Below are positions 7,731-15,682 of a stretch of DNA of 37,612 bases, one piece after another. The notes beneath the pieces were generated by a model. It was given only the letters and a program-made list of their open reading frames with translations. It did not search any database and was not told where the DNA came from. The position numbers and the translations under genes were made by a program. The DNA comes from Bdellovibrionales bacterium. Lineage in GTDB: Bacteria; Pseudomonadota; Alphaproteobacteria; UBA9219; RFNS01. The DNA is taken from positions 1 through 37,612 of the forward strand of contig JBDHTV010000002.1 in assembly GCA_039808825.1 (NCBI GenBank), read 5' to 3'. The first letter of the stretch is position 1. Each line of letters opens with the position of its first letter.

Positions 7731-9754
7731 ACACCAGAAAACAAGTCGGCAGCCTCGATCCGCTGTTCAAGAAAATGCTGACGCTCGCGGTGTTCGCCTT
7801 TCTTGCCGGTGTTGAAGCTCTCGACCGGACGGAAATAGCCCATGACGCGCGTCCAGACATTGGTCTTGGTGCCGCAATGCGGACATTCCGGCTGTTCGCC
7901 GTTGAGATAGCCGTGCGTGTCGCAGGTCGAGAAGACCGGCGTGACCGTGATATAGGGCAGCTGGTAATTCTCGATAACCTTGCGGACAAAGCGCTTGCAG
8001 GCTTCGCTATCGGACAGCTTTTCGCTCATATAGAGATGCAGCACGGTGCCGCCAGTATATTTGCACTGCAGTTTGTTCTGCATATCCAGGGCCGCGAACG
8101 GATCTTCCGTGCAACCAACAGGCAGTTGCGAGGAGTTGGTGTAATAAATATTCTCACCGAACCCGGCTTGCAGGATGTCAGGATAGTGCTTCTTGTCTTC
8201 CTTGGCGAAGCGATAGGTGGTGCCCTCCGCCGGGGTCGCTTCCAGATTATAGAGATTGCCCGTCTCTTCCTGATAGCCGCGAATGCGCTCCCGCATGTAA
8301 TCAAGCAGCTCCAGACAAAGCGCCTGCCCGTCCGCGTCGGTCACATCGGCAACGTCATGCGTGAAGTTCCGCACCATTTCGTTCATGCCGTTGACCCCGA
8401 TGGTCGAGAAGTGGTTGCGGAGATGCGGCAGATAACGCTTCGTGTAGGGGTAGAGCCCGCGGTCGAACATGCGCTGCACAAAGGCGCGTTTCTTCTCCAG
8501 CGTGGAGTGGGCGATATCCATCAGGCGATCAAGTTCGCGCAACAGCCCGTTTTTGTCGCCTTGAAAACGATAGCCAAGCCGCGCCATATTCAGCGTGACG
8601 ACGCCGATCGATCCTGTCATCTCCGCCGAGCCGAACAGGCCGTTGCCGCGCTTGAGCAACTCACGCAGGTCGAGCTGGAGCCGACAGCACATGGACCGCA
8701 CGGCACCGGGCGAGTATGCTTCGGGATTGCGCACCCGCTCGCCGTTCGCGCCGCGCAGCCATTGACTGCCGACGAAGTTCTGGAAATAGGAAGAGCCGAC
8801 CTTTGCCGCATTGTCGAAAATCGCCGCCGCAACCTTGCTCTCCCAATCAAAATCTTCGGTGATGTTGACGGTCGGGATGGGGAAGGTAAAAGGTTGGCCA
8901 CTGGAATCGCCCTCGGTCAGCACTTCATAGTAGGCGATATCAATCATCTCCATTTCCGGCAGGAAATGCTTGTAGGTCAAATCCTCCAGCTGGCGAATGC
9001 CCATATCGCGCTGCCGCGCCTTGGCAAGCAGCACCGGATCATCCACACCTTTGAAGAAATGCACATCGCGGCAGGTCGGGAACTGCTCGCCAAGATCGGC
9101 TGGCGCCGTAATGTCGAGCGTCACGTTGGTAAAAGGCGACTGCCCCCAACGAGCCGGAACATTCAGATTATAAACGAACTGCCGAATCGCTTTCTTGACC
9201 GCCGTGAACGAAAGGTTGTCATAAAAGACATAGGGAGCCAGGTAAGTATCGAAACTGGAGAACGCCTGCGCCCCCGCCCATTCCGACTGCAGAATGCCGA
9301 GGAAATTGCTCATCTGCCCCAGAGCCTCGCGGAAATGACGCGGCGGACGCGAGGAGACGCGGCCACGCACGCCGTTAAATCCCTCATTGAGCAAGGCGCG
9401 CAAGGACCACCCCGCGCAATAGCCGGTCAGACAATCCAGATCATGAATATGGATATCGGCACGGCGATGCGCCGTCCCCTCCTCCGGGCTGTAAACCTCG
9501 TCGAGCCAGAAATTGGCGATAACCTTGCCGGCGAGATTGTTAATCATCCCGGCATTCGAGTAGCCCGTATTGGCGTTCGCATTGATGCGCCAATCCGACC
9601 CGGAAATATATTCCGTCACCGCGTCCGAGCAGTTCACCAGCGTCCCGCCGTAGAGGCGGCCAATCACATCGCTGGACGACGCTATTTGATGGACGCGTCC
9701 CGAATCGGCATCATGAGCGTCAAGTCGGTGGGGAAAGGCGGCTTGGGCAGGCAT
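7727..9754 (-). CDS. nrdD: Class III anaerobic ribonucleoside-triphosphate reductase
   Basis: The C-terminus has a Zn ribbon (CPHCG) and the glycyl-radical motif TRVMGYFRP. A GGAGG RBS lies 7 nt before the ATG. No N-terminal ATP-cone motif is seen. Confidence 0.95.
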   Translation of the reverse strand: MPAQAAFPHRLDAHDADSGRVHQIASSSDVIGRLYGGTLVNCSDAVTEYISGSDWRINANANTGYSNAGMINNLAGKVIANFWLDEVYSPEEGTAHRRADIHIHDLDCLTGYCAGWSLRALLNEGFNGVRGRVSSRPPRHFREALGQMSNFLGILQSEWAGAQAFSSFDTYLAPYVFYDNLSFTAVKKAIRQFVYNLNVPARWGQSPFTNVTLDITAPADLGEQFPTCRDVHFFKGVDDPVLLAKARQRDMGIRQLEDLTYKHFLPEMEMIDIAYYEVLTEGDSSGQPFTFPIPTVNITEDFDWESKVAAAIFDNAAKVGSSYFQNFVGSQWLRGANGERVRNPEAYSPGAVRSMCCRLQLDLRELLKRGNGLFGSAEMTGSIGVVTLNMARLGYRFQGDKNGLLRELDRLMDIAHSTLEKKRAFVQRMFDRGLYPYTKRYLPHLRNHFSTIGVNGMNEMVRNFTHDVADVTDADGQALCLELLDYMRERIRGYQEETGNLYNLEATPAEGTTYRFAKEDKKHYPDILQAGFGENIYYTNSSQLPVGCTEDPFAALDMQNKLQCKYTGGTVLHLYMSEKLSDSEACKRFVRKVIENYQLPYITVTPVFSTCDTHGYLNGEQPECPHCGTKTNVWTRVMGYFRPVESFNTGKKGEHRERQHFLEQRIEAADLFSGV

Positions 9755-9866
9755 TCATTACCTCCATGGCAGGAATGGTGATACGGCGGGGAACAGTCTG
9801 AAAGCCGCGGGACACAAGATATTGCGGCTCTGACGACAGATTGCCACCAAGTGAGGTGCCAGCAGG

Positions 9867-9880
9867 TTGACCTAGGTCAA
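9867..9880. promoter_or_regulatory. FNR/NnrR-type box TTGACCTAGGTCAA upstream of nrdD
   Basis: A perfect 14-bp palindrome lying inside the longer palindrome GGTTGACCTAGGTCAACC, about 113-126 bp upstream of the nrdD ATG. Confidence 0.7.
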
Positions 9881-10008
9881 CTCTCCGCCGTGAAAGACCC
9901 GGAAATCTGCTCATCGTCTGGCGCTGTGTGCTGTTGGCCACACCCTCGCTTCAGGTGATGAGTGCTGGCTTTGTTTACAATCATTAAAATGAGTGGGCGT
10001 CTGCCTGG

Positions 10009-11004
10009 CTATTCTGCAACCACGAATGTTCGAAACAGGCCGCGCTCCACGCGCGCCAAGGCGTGGTCAACTAGGACGTATTTCCCCGGCACCACAAACC
10101 GAAGTGTGGCGATCGTCGCGCTGCCGGGCGGCACGTTGATTGTCTGGACAGCTTTCAGCGGTGCGTTTTCTAGCGACCCGGCCTGATAAACCTCGTCAAA
10201 TATTCCACCGATCACATGCAGCGCCGATGATCGGTTGGGCCCGCCATTGCCGAAAAAGATTCGCACTGTTTCGCCCGCCTTTATGCGGAGCGGCGCTTTA
10301 TCGGCCAGCTTTCCGGTCAGGCCGTTCAGGACATAATATTCCGGCTGTTCCGCGAGCAGCTTGGTGCGGCTGTAGGCCAGCAATCCTTCGCTGCCATAAG
10401 GTTGCTCCGTATAAATTTCGCCCTGCAAGAAATAATACTCGTGGTCAACAGGTGGCAAGGCTTGTTCCGGCTCTACGAGAATCAATCCGGCCATGCCATT
10501 CGCGATATGCTCGGCAGCGACCGGGGTGGCACAGTGGTAAACAAATAGTCCCGCCCGCATCGCCTTGAATGAAAATTTGCCACTGCCGCCGGTTTCAGCC
10601 GCCGTCGCCATGCCGCCGCCATGGGGGGCCTGCGCGGCATGAAAATCCACGCTGTGTGTTTCCTGATTCTCACCGTTATTCTTCAATGTAACGTTGACGG
10701 TATCGCCGACGCGCACCCGGAGAAAGGGGCCCGGCACCTTGCCGCCGAAAGTCCAGTAATGGTAGCTTGTTCCGGTAGCGAGAAAGCCCGTAACCTCGCG
10801 GGCTTCGAGTTCAACATTGACCTCCTGCGCCGGGCGGCGCGGTAAAGCCGGCGGCAGGTCCGTTGGATCACGGCCAACATTGACAGATGCCATATTGGCA
10901 TGATGATGCGCATGCTCCGGTTCAGCGGCGGCCACGTTGCCGGCCAGCAATAAGCTGACCCCAAGCATACAGGTCGCCCGTTGCAGAATACCCAACTGTT
11001 TCAT
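10009..11004 (-). CDS. nirK: Copper-containing nitrite reductase
   Basis: Copper ligand motifs HSVDFHAA, VYHCATPVAAEHIANGMAGLILVEP and ALHVIGGIFD are present, with a signal peptide MKQLGILQRATCMLGVSLLLAGNVAAA. The ATG (11004..11002) overlaps the ubiV TGA (11003..11001). Confidence 0.9.
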   Translation of the reverse strand: MKQLGILQRATCMLGVSLLLAGNVAAAEPEHAHHHANMASVNVGRDPTDLPPALPRRPAQEVNVELEAREVTGFLATGTSYHYWTFGGKVPGPFLRVRVGDTVNVTLKNNGENQETHSVDFHAAQAPHGGGMATAAETGGSGKFSFKAMRAGLFVYHCATPVAAEHIANGMAGLILVEPEQALPPVDHEYYFLQGEIYTEQPYGSEGLLAYSRTKLLAEQPEYYVLNGLTGKLADKAPLRIKAGETVRIFFGNGGPNRSSALHVIGGIFDEVYQAGSLENAPLKAVQTINVPPGSATIATLRFVVPGKYVLVDHALARVERGLFRTFVVAE

Positions 11005-11924
11005 GGCCGCTGCCCCTCTCCCCGACTCTCGTAAAACGCACATCCCGGCTGTTTATAGTAGAACCCGTTGACGAACGGCACCTGCAGCCCAAGCTTGTCG
11101 AGCTGTAGCAGGGCGGCTGCACCGGACAGCGCGCCGTCAACAACCTGCCTGAAAATCCGTATCACCTGCAGCATGTCCTGACTATGCGGCGACAAGCGAA
11201 AGCTGGTTATTCCCATTTGTTGCATCGCGGGAATCTCCCGCGCCAAATTAAGACAGCGATAGGAGAGCGTCTGTACCCCGTTGACCACCAGAAAATCTTT
11301 GTCGTCCATTGTCCGCAGCACCATGCCGTCCGGATCGGCTTCGCAAACAAACTGGCAGTTATCCTTTGTCCGGCCATGCGCACGGGCGTGGTAGCAACGC
11401 GCCGACAGCGCCAGCGGCACGCGGCCATAGACCTGCACTTCCAAGGTCACGCCCTGCGCGCGCGCGGATTCTGCCAGGAGGGCAAGGGAAGTTGCCGGAA
11501 TCTCAGGGGCGAGCGTGACATGGCGCGCGCCATGCGCCGCGAGTTCTTTCAAGGTCAACTCATTGTAAACATTCACGAACGGGCCGACGCGGTGAGGCTT
11601 GCCCTTCAGATGATAAAGCGCTGCAACGTCGTTTGCTTCAACAACCGTTGTCTCAACGGCGCAGACCCCCGCCGTCATCTGCCGTTCCCGCGGCAACATA
11701 ATCTCCGCCAGCGTGGTCAGAACGACTTGTTTGCCGCCTGCTGCCAGCCGTTCCATCACTTCGGGCATCAGCGGGTCAAAGAATGGTGACCGTTTGGAAC
11801 AAACAACCTCGCCGAGATAGACTTCGTCGATCGGCGCTTCGTCCGCGACGCTGAAGTAGAAATCGCGCCACCGTTCTGGCGACCAGTTGAATAAAACGGG
11901 ACCAAGCGTCAGTTTCGCAGGCAC
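11001..11924 (-). CDS. ubiV: U32-family O2-independent ubiquinone hydroxylase subunit UbiV (YhbV-like)
   Basis: KLTLGPVLFNW...YLGEVVCSKR matches the remembered E. coli YhbV N-terminus (SLGPVLWYW...YLGEAVCSKR). The GTG at 11924 has GGAG 8 nt upstream and lies just after the ubiU stop. Confidence 0.8.
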   Translation of the reverse strand: MPAKLTLGPVLFNWSPERWRDFYFSVADEAPIDEVYLGEVVCSKRSPFFDPLMPEVMERLAAGGKQVVLTTLAEIMLPRERQMTAGVCAVETTVVEANDVAALYHLKGKPHRVGPFVNVYNELTLKELAAHGARHVTLAPEIPATSLALLAESARAQGVTLEVQVYGRVPLALSARCYHARAHGRTKDNCQFVCEADPDGMVLRTMDDKDFLVVNGVQTLSYRCLNLAREIPAMQQMGITSFRLSPHSQDMLQVIRIFRQVVDGALSGAAALLQLDKLGLQVPFVNGFYYKQPGCAFYESRGEGQRP

Positions 11925-11928
11925 GATT

Positions 11929-12939
11929 TTATCTCCATTTTTTACTCTGATACGCGCCCGTTGTTTGTTTCTGGCCTTCCGCAAGCCGCACCAGTTCAGC
12001 GCAGTCCGGCTTGTCGCCGTCCATCACCGCGTCGATGGCGTGGCGCCATGCCGCGACGACAGCCTGAACATAGGCACGCGAACGCTGCCGCCCCTCTATC
12101 TTCAATGCATCCACCCCGGCGCCGACGAGTTCTGGCAGCAGTGCCGCAAGATTGAGACTAACGGGTTCCTCAAACGCGTAATAGGCTTCGGCGCCATGCG
12201 GGGCGAAATAGCGACCTTTGCATATTGTCGGATAGCCCGCGCTCTGGCCACAGGAGAAGCAGTCAATGGTATAACCGCCGAGTTTGCTGCGCAGATTGCG
12301 CTGCGCGTCTTCCTCATACTGCACGGCCCCGGCGGGCGAACACACCCCATCCATGTTGGTTGAGAGCCCCGTGACGTAATTGGTCAGACTGCAGCGTCCT
12401 TCCGCCATCAATCCATGATTGCCAAAGACGAATGTCTCAATCTCGCAGACGGCGCTCGCCTTGATGTCGCGGATTTCCGGGACCGTGAGGATACGCGGTA
12501 GCACCACCCGCCTGATACCGAACTGTTCGACATAATATTTTATAGCCTCGATTGATGGCGCGCCCGCCTGGACCGAAAGATGCAGGCGCTGGCGCGGGAA
12601 ACGGTCGGCGATAAAGCGGGCGACGCCGATATCGGCGACGATGATTGCATCAACGCCGCAAGCGACTGCATCCTGTGCCGCGCTTTGCCAGAGCGGCACT
12701 GCTCCGGCGGGCGGGAAGGTATTCAGCGCCAGCAGCACTTTGGCAGCCCGCTTGTGCGCATAGGCCACGCCTTCGGCCAATTCCGTACGCGTAAAATTCA
12801 ACCCTGGAAAATTGCGGGCATTCGTCGCATCGCGGAACCCGCAATAGACTGCATCGGCACCGGCATCAACCGCCGCACGCAGACTGGCCGGTGTCCCGGC
12901 CGGGCAGACCAGCTCTGGCGCTTTTCCGGCATGCCCCAT
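11929..12939 (-). CDS. ubiU: U32-family O2-independent ubiquinone hydroxylase subunit UbiU (YhbU-like)
   Basis: ELVCPAG...GADAVYCGF.DATNARNF.GLNFT...GYPTICKGRY...LKIEGRQRS.AYV is collinear with the remembered E. coli YhbU sequence. Confidence 0.85.
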   Translation of the reverse strand: MGHAGKAPELVCPAGTPASLRAAVDAGADAVYCGFRDATNARNFPGLNFTRTELAEGVAYAHKRAAKVLLALNTFPPAGAVPLWQSAAQDAVACGVDAIIVADIGVARFIADRFPRQRLHLSVQAGAPSIEAIKYYVEQFGIRRVVLPRILTVPEIRDIKASAVCEIETFVFGNHGLMAEGRCSLTNYVTGLSTNMDGVCSPAGAVQYEEDAQRNLRSKLGGYTIDCFSCGQSAGYPTICKGRYFAPHGAEAYYAFEEPVSLNLAALLPELVGAGVDALKIEGRQRSRAYVQAVVAAWRHAIDAVMDGDKPDCAELVRLAEGQKQTTGAYQSKKWR

Positions 12940-12940
12940 G

Positions 12941-13471
12941 TCAGGCCTCTATTCTTCGCAAGATGTGCAGGCCACGTCGGCCAATCCCCCCGAACATCGC
13001 CGCGATATCGCTGGCGACGCTGCCTTCGACATCGTCCAGCGCATTCCGCAGGCAAACGACCGCCTCCGTATCACCTTCGACGACGATATCGCGCGCAAAG
13101 AAGGCTGCATCACTGTCCAGACGGCTATCAAGCAGGCGCAGCAGCTGCAGGAAGCTGCCCGTTATTCTGATATGATAATTCAGACCCTTTCGGGAACGAT
13201 AGGCGCGCAATGACAGTCGCTCCGGGTCAGGCTGCAAGAGCAAAACAAAGGGCAGGTTCGACGGTTCGATGAGAAAATTTTTCCGGCAATGCAGCCCCAG
13301 CCGCTGGAACAACTGCGGTTGCGATCTGGCGACGTGGCGGATAATCGCCTGCAAAACAGGGTTATAAACCCACAGCGGCACCGGTCGCAGGATATATTTG
13401 GGGGCGTTGCGCCGTCGCGCAAGTCTGTCTGGTGTCATAGGGCGCGCTCTCGAAACATAAAAGCGACTCAC
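12941..13471 (-). CDS. ubiT: SCP2-domain ubiquinone biosynthesis accessory factor UbiT (YhbT-like)
   Basis: FFARDIVVEGDTEAVVCLRNALD matches the YhbT motif FFQRRLVIEGDTELGLYVKNLMD. The stop is 1 nt from the ubiU ATG. The true start may be the ATG at 13438, given the FNR box position. Confidence 0.7.
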   Translation of the reverse strand: MSRFYVSRARPMTPDRLARRRNAPKYILRPVPLWVYNPVLQAIIRHVARSQPQLFQRLGLHCRKNFLIEPSNLPFVLLLQPDPERLSLRAYRSRKGLNYHIRITGSFLQLLRLLDSRLDSDAAFFARDIVVEGDTEAVVCLRNALDDVEGSVASDIAAMFGGIGRRGLHILRRIEA

Positions 13472-13494
13472 ACCACAAACCGCCGCGCGTGTAG

Positions 13495-13508
13495 TTGATC
13501 TGCGTCAA
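13495..13508. promoter_or_regulatory. FNR-type box TTGATCTGCGTCAA in the ubiT / moeA divergent spacer
   Basis: TTGA-N6-TCAA. Its centre is about 61 bp from the moeA ATG and about 63 bp from the ubiT ATG at 13438, which fits a class II (-41.5) geometry in both directions. Confidence 0.65.
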
Positions 13509-13562
13509 GGTCGGGCATAGTCTAAGTTGCTTAGCTCTTAGGGGCATGAAAGGATGGGGTGA

Positions 13563-14810
13563 ATGCTGACTTATCAGCAGGCGTTGGCGACATGTCTTGC
13601 CGCTGCAGACCGGGTGCTAGAAACGGAAAGCGTTGCGTTGCTCGACGCACCCGGCCGTGTACTCGCCGACGATATTGTGGCCGCATTGGCCATCCAGCCC
13701 TTTGACAATGCCGCGATGGATGGCTACGCCGTGTATTGCGAGGATTTGGCGACGGCGACGTCGGCGACGGCGGTTCAGCTGCCCTGTCACCGTGTCATTG
13801 CGGCCGGGGATCGGGATGCGCTCCCGGCGCTTCAGCGCGGCAGCTGCGCACGTATAATGACTGGGGCGCCCATGCCACCCGGCGCCAACGCTGTCGTGCA
13901 AATCGAACGGACGGCCACCGCCGCAGACAAGATGGTCACTTTCACGGCACCGTGTGCGCTGCATGAGAATGTCCGTCACGCCGGGGAGGATTTCAAGCTG
14001 GGCGACCGCGTTCTTGAGCGAGGCAGAATCATCGCCACGCACCATATCATGCCGTTGGCAACGCTCGGTCTTGGCAAGCTGCCGGTTATCAGGAAACCGC
14101 GCGCCGCTGTCATCACGACCGGCAAAGAACTCGCCTCATCGCTTGACCAGCCCTTGCCGCAGGGGATGATTTATAACTCCAATCACTTCTATATCTGCGG
14201 GGCGCTGACGGCGATGGGGGTTGAGATTGCGGCGACTCATACGGTCGCGGATGACCCTGCCAGTCTGCGCCGCCTGCTGCTGCAGGTTATGCAACAGAAT
14301 TTCGACCTGGTCATTTCCAGCGGCGCCGTCTCTGCCGGCGATTTTGATATCGTCAGACCCGTTCTTGAGGAGCTTGGCGCCACGATTCTGTTCCACAAAA
14401 TCAAGGTCAAGCCGGGCAAGCCCAACCTGTTCGCCAAACTGCCGAATGGTTGCCTCTATTTCGGCCTTCCCGGTAATCCGGTTGCCACGGCGGCTGGCCT
14501 GCGCTTTCTGGTCCAGCAGACTGTGCGCAAGATGCGCGGGGTCGACGCTGAGAAGCCGCTCTACGCCCGCGCCATGAACCGGTTCGTCAAACCGGCCGGT
14601 CTGCATATGTTCTTGAAAGGCTCGGTGGAAGGATGGGAAGATGGCTCGCTGACCGTTGATATCCTCGACGGTCAGGCATCCTTCATGGTCAGCCCGTTTC
14701 TGCAGATGAATGCCTGGGTTTCTGTCGCGGAGGATGTTCAGGAAATCAAAGCCGGTCAGGTTCTGCCGGTATTTCTCATGACGGAATGCGCCACGGCAGG
14801 ATTGCCCTGA
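13563..14810 (+). CDS. moeA: Molybdopterin molybdotransferase
   Basis: The N-terminus has LDAPGRVLADDIVA...PFDNAAMDGYAV, and SGAVSAGDFD and LPGNPVA motifs are present. Confidence 0.9.
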   Translation: MLTYQQALATCLAAADRVLETESVALLDAPGRVLADDIVAALAIQPFDNAAMDGYAVYCEDLATATSATAVQLPCHRVIAAGDRDALPALQRGSCARIMTGAPMPPGANAVVQIERTATAADKMVTFTAPCALHENVRHAGEDFKLGDRVLERGRIIATHHIMPLATLGLGKLPVIRKPRAAVITTGKELASSLDQPLPQGMIYNSNHFYICGALTAMGVEIAATHTVADDPASLRRLLLQVMQQNFDLVISSGAVSAGDFDIVRPVLEELGATILFHKIKVKPGKPNLFAKLPNGCLYFGLPGNPVATAAGLRFLVQQTVRKMRGVDAEKPLYARAMNRFVKPAGLHMFLKGSVEGWEDGSLTVDILDGQASFMVSPFLQMNAWVSVAEDVQEIKAGQVLPVFLMTECATAGLP

Positions 14811-15568
14811 TGATGCGCGCATTGCTCACAGCCGTCTTTTCCGTGGCGTGAACACAGCGCGGCGGTATCCGAATCACAGAAGTGACACAAGACATAGGCG
14901 TCACGCATTTTGATCCGCTCGCCGTCGATGTCGATGCCAAGCGCCTTAATCTGCTGCAAGGTGCGGGAGAATGTCTCCGGCGTGATGCCGAGATAGTTGG
15001 CAACGGTCTGCTTCCGGAAGGGCAGCGTGAATTCCAGACTGTCTGGCGCCATTTCCAGATGGCGGGTGAGAAAATAGTAACCGACCCTTTGCAACGGCGA
15101 CTTGATATTCATCGCATCGATCTGATGCATGGCATTCTTGTAATGACGCGCGACGATGCGCAGGAGATTCGCGGCAAAAGCCGCATCGTCCAGCACATGC
15201 CGCTTCACGATATGCGCTGGCAGGAGCAGCAGTTGCGATGCTTCCATCACCTGGACATTGATGGGAGAATCGCCGCCCATGAACATGACCGCTTCCATGC
15301 ACGTATCACCGGGCAACAACATGCGAATCGTTGCCTCTCTGCCTTCGGCGTCCATGCGGAAAGTGCGGGCCGCGCCCTTAATGACCATGTAAAGGCATTC
15401 GGGCTTGTCGCCTTGCTGGACCAAAACATGCCCTGCGGCAAAATCTCGCAATGACGAAGCCTGGAGCAAGGTCTGCAGGCCGGTCTCGGAAATACCGCTG
15501 AATAGTCCTGACTTTTCATGCCCTTGGCTGGCATGCAGGACTTCAAGTTCTTTCACGGTCATCGGCAT
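14756..15568 (-). CDS. Crp/Fnr family regulator (NarR position) with C-terminal Cys-rich motif
   Basis: It has a cNMP-binding-like domain and the recognition helix PETFSRTLQQI (E--SR). There is no N-terminal Cys cluster. The C-terminus carries C228-x2-C-x7-C-x7-C-x2-C250. The gene is divergent from narK. Confidence 0.85.
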   Translation of the reverse strand: MPMTVKELEVLHASQGHEKSGLFSGISETGLQTLLQASSLRDFAAGHVLVQQGDKPECLYMVIKGAARTFRMDAEGREATIRMLLPGDTCMEAVMFMGGDSPINVQVMEASQLLLLPAHIVKRHVLDDAAFAANLLRIVARHYKNAMHQIDAMNIKSPLQRVGYYFLTRHLEMAPDSLEFTLPFRKQTVANYLGITPETFSRTLQQIKALGIDIDGERIKMRDAYVLCHFCDSDTAALCSRHGKDGCEQCAHHQGNPAVAHSVMRNTGRT

Positions 15569-15592
15569 GAGGACTTGGCGCTCCGCATCGCT

Positions 15593-15606
15593 TGATTCAG
15601 ATCAAG
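15593..15606. promoter_or_regulatory. Consensus FNR box TTGATTCAGATCAA upstream of narK
   Basis: A perfect TTGAT-N4-ATCAA whose centre is about 84 bp upstream of the narK ATG (15683). Confidence 0.75.
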
Positions 15607-15682
15607 AGGTTTCACTTTAGCAGCTGTCACACAGCTTGCGGAAATTCTTTCTGCGGCCTGATTCAGTGCCGAAACGCTGCTT

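Noticed and set aside
7775-9781. 668-aa ORF on the plus strand opposite nrdD
   Set aside because: It is antisense to an unambiguous NrdD with a glycyl-radical motif. Its Arg/Ala/Gly-rich low-complexity translation is typical of shadow frames in high-GC DNA.
9755-9960. Possible cobalamin riboswitch in the nrdD leader (B12 elements are known upstream of some nrdDG operons)
   Set aside because: The GCCAGCAGGTTGACC stretch only loosely resembles a B12 box and is on the wrong strand. With the FNR box at 9867 the predicted leader is only ~78 nt, too short for the element. The conserved core blocks were not found on the minus strand.
14136-14822. 228-aa minus-strand ORF inside moeA, plus similar antisense ORFs at 18338..18991, 19514..20167 and 21005..21736 inside narG
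   Set aside because: All lie opposite strongly recognisable genes and lack motifs, so they are treated as shadow ORFs.
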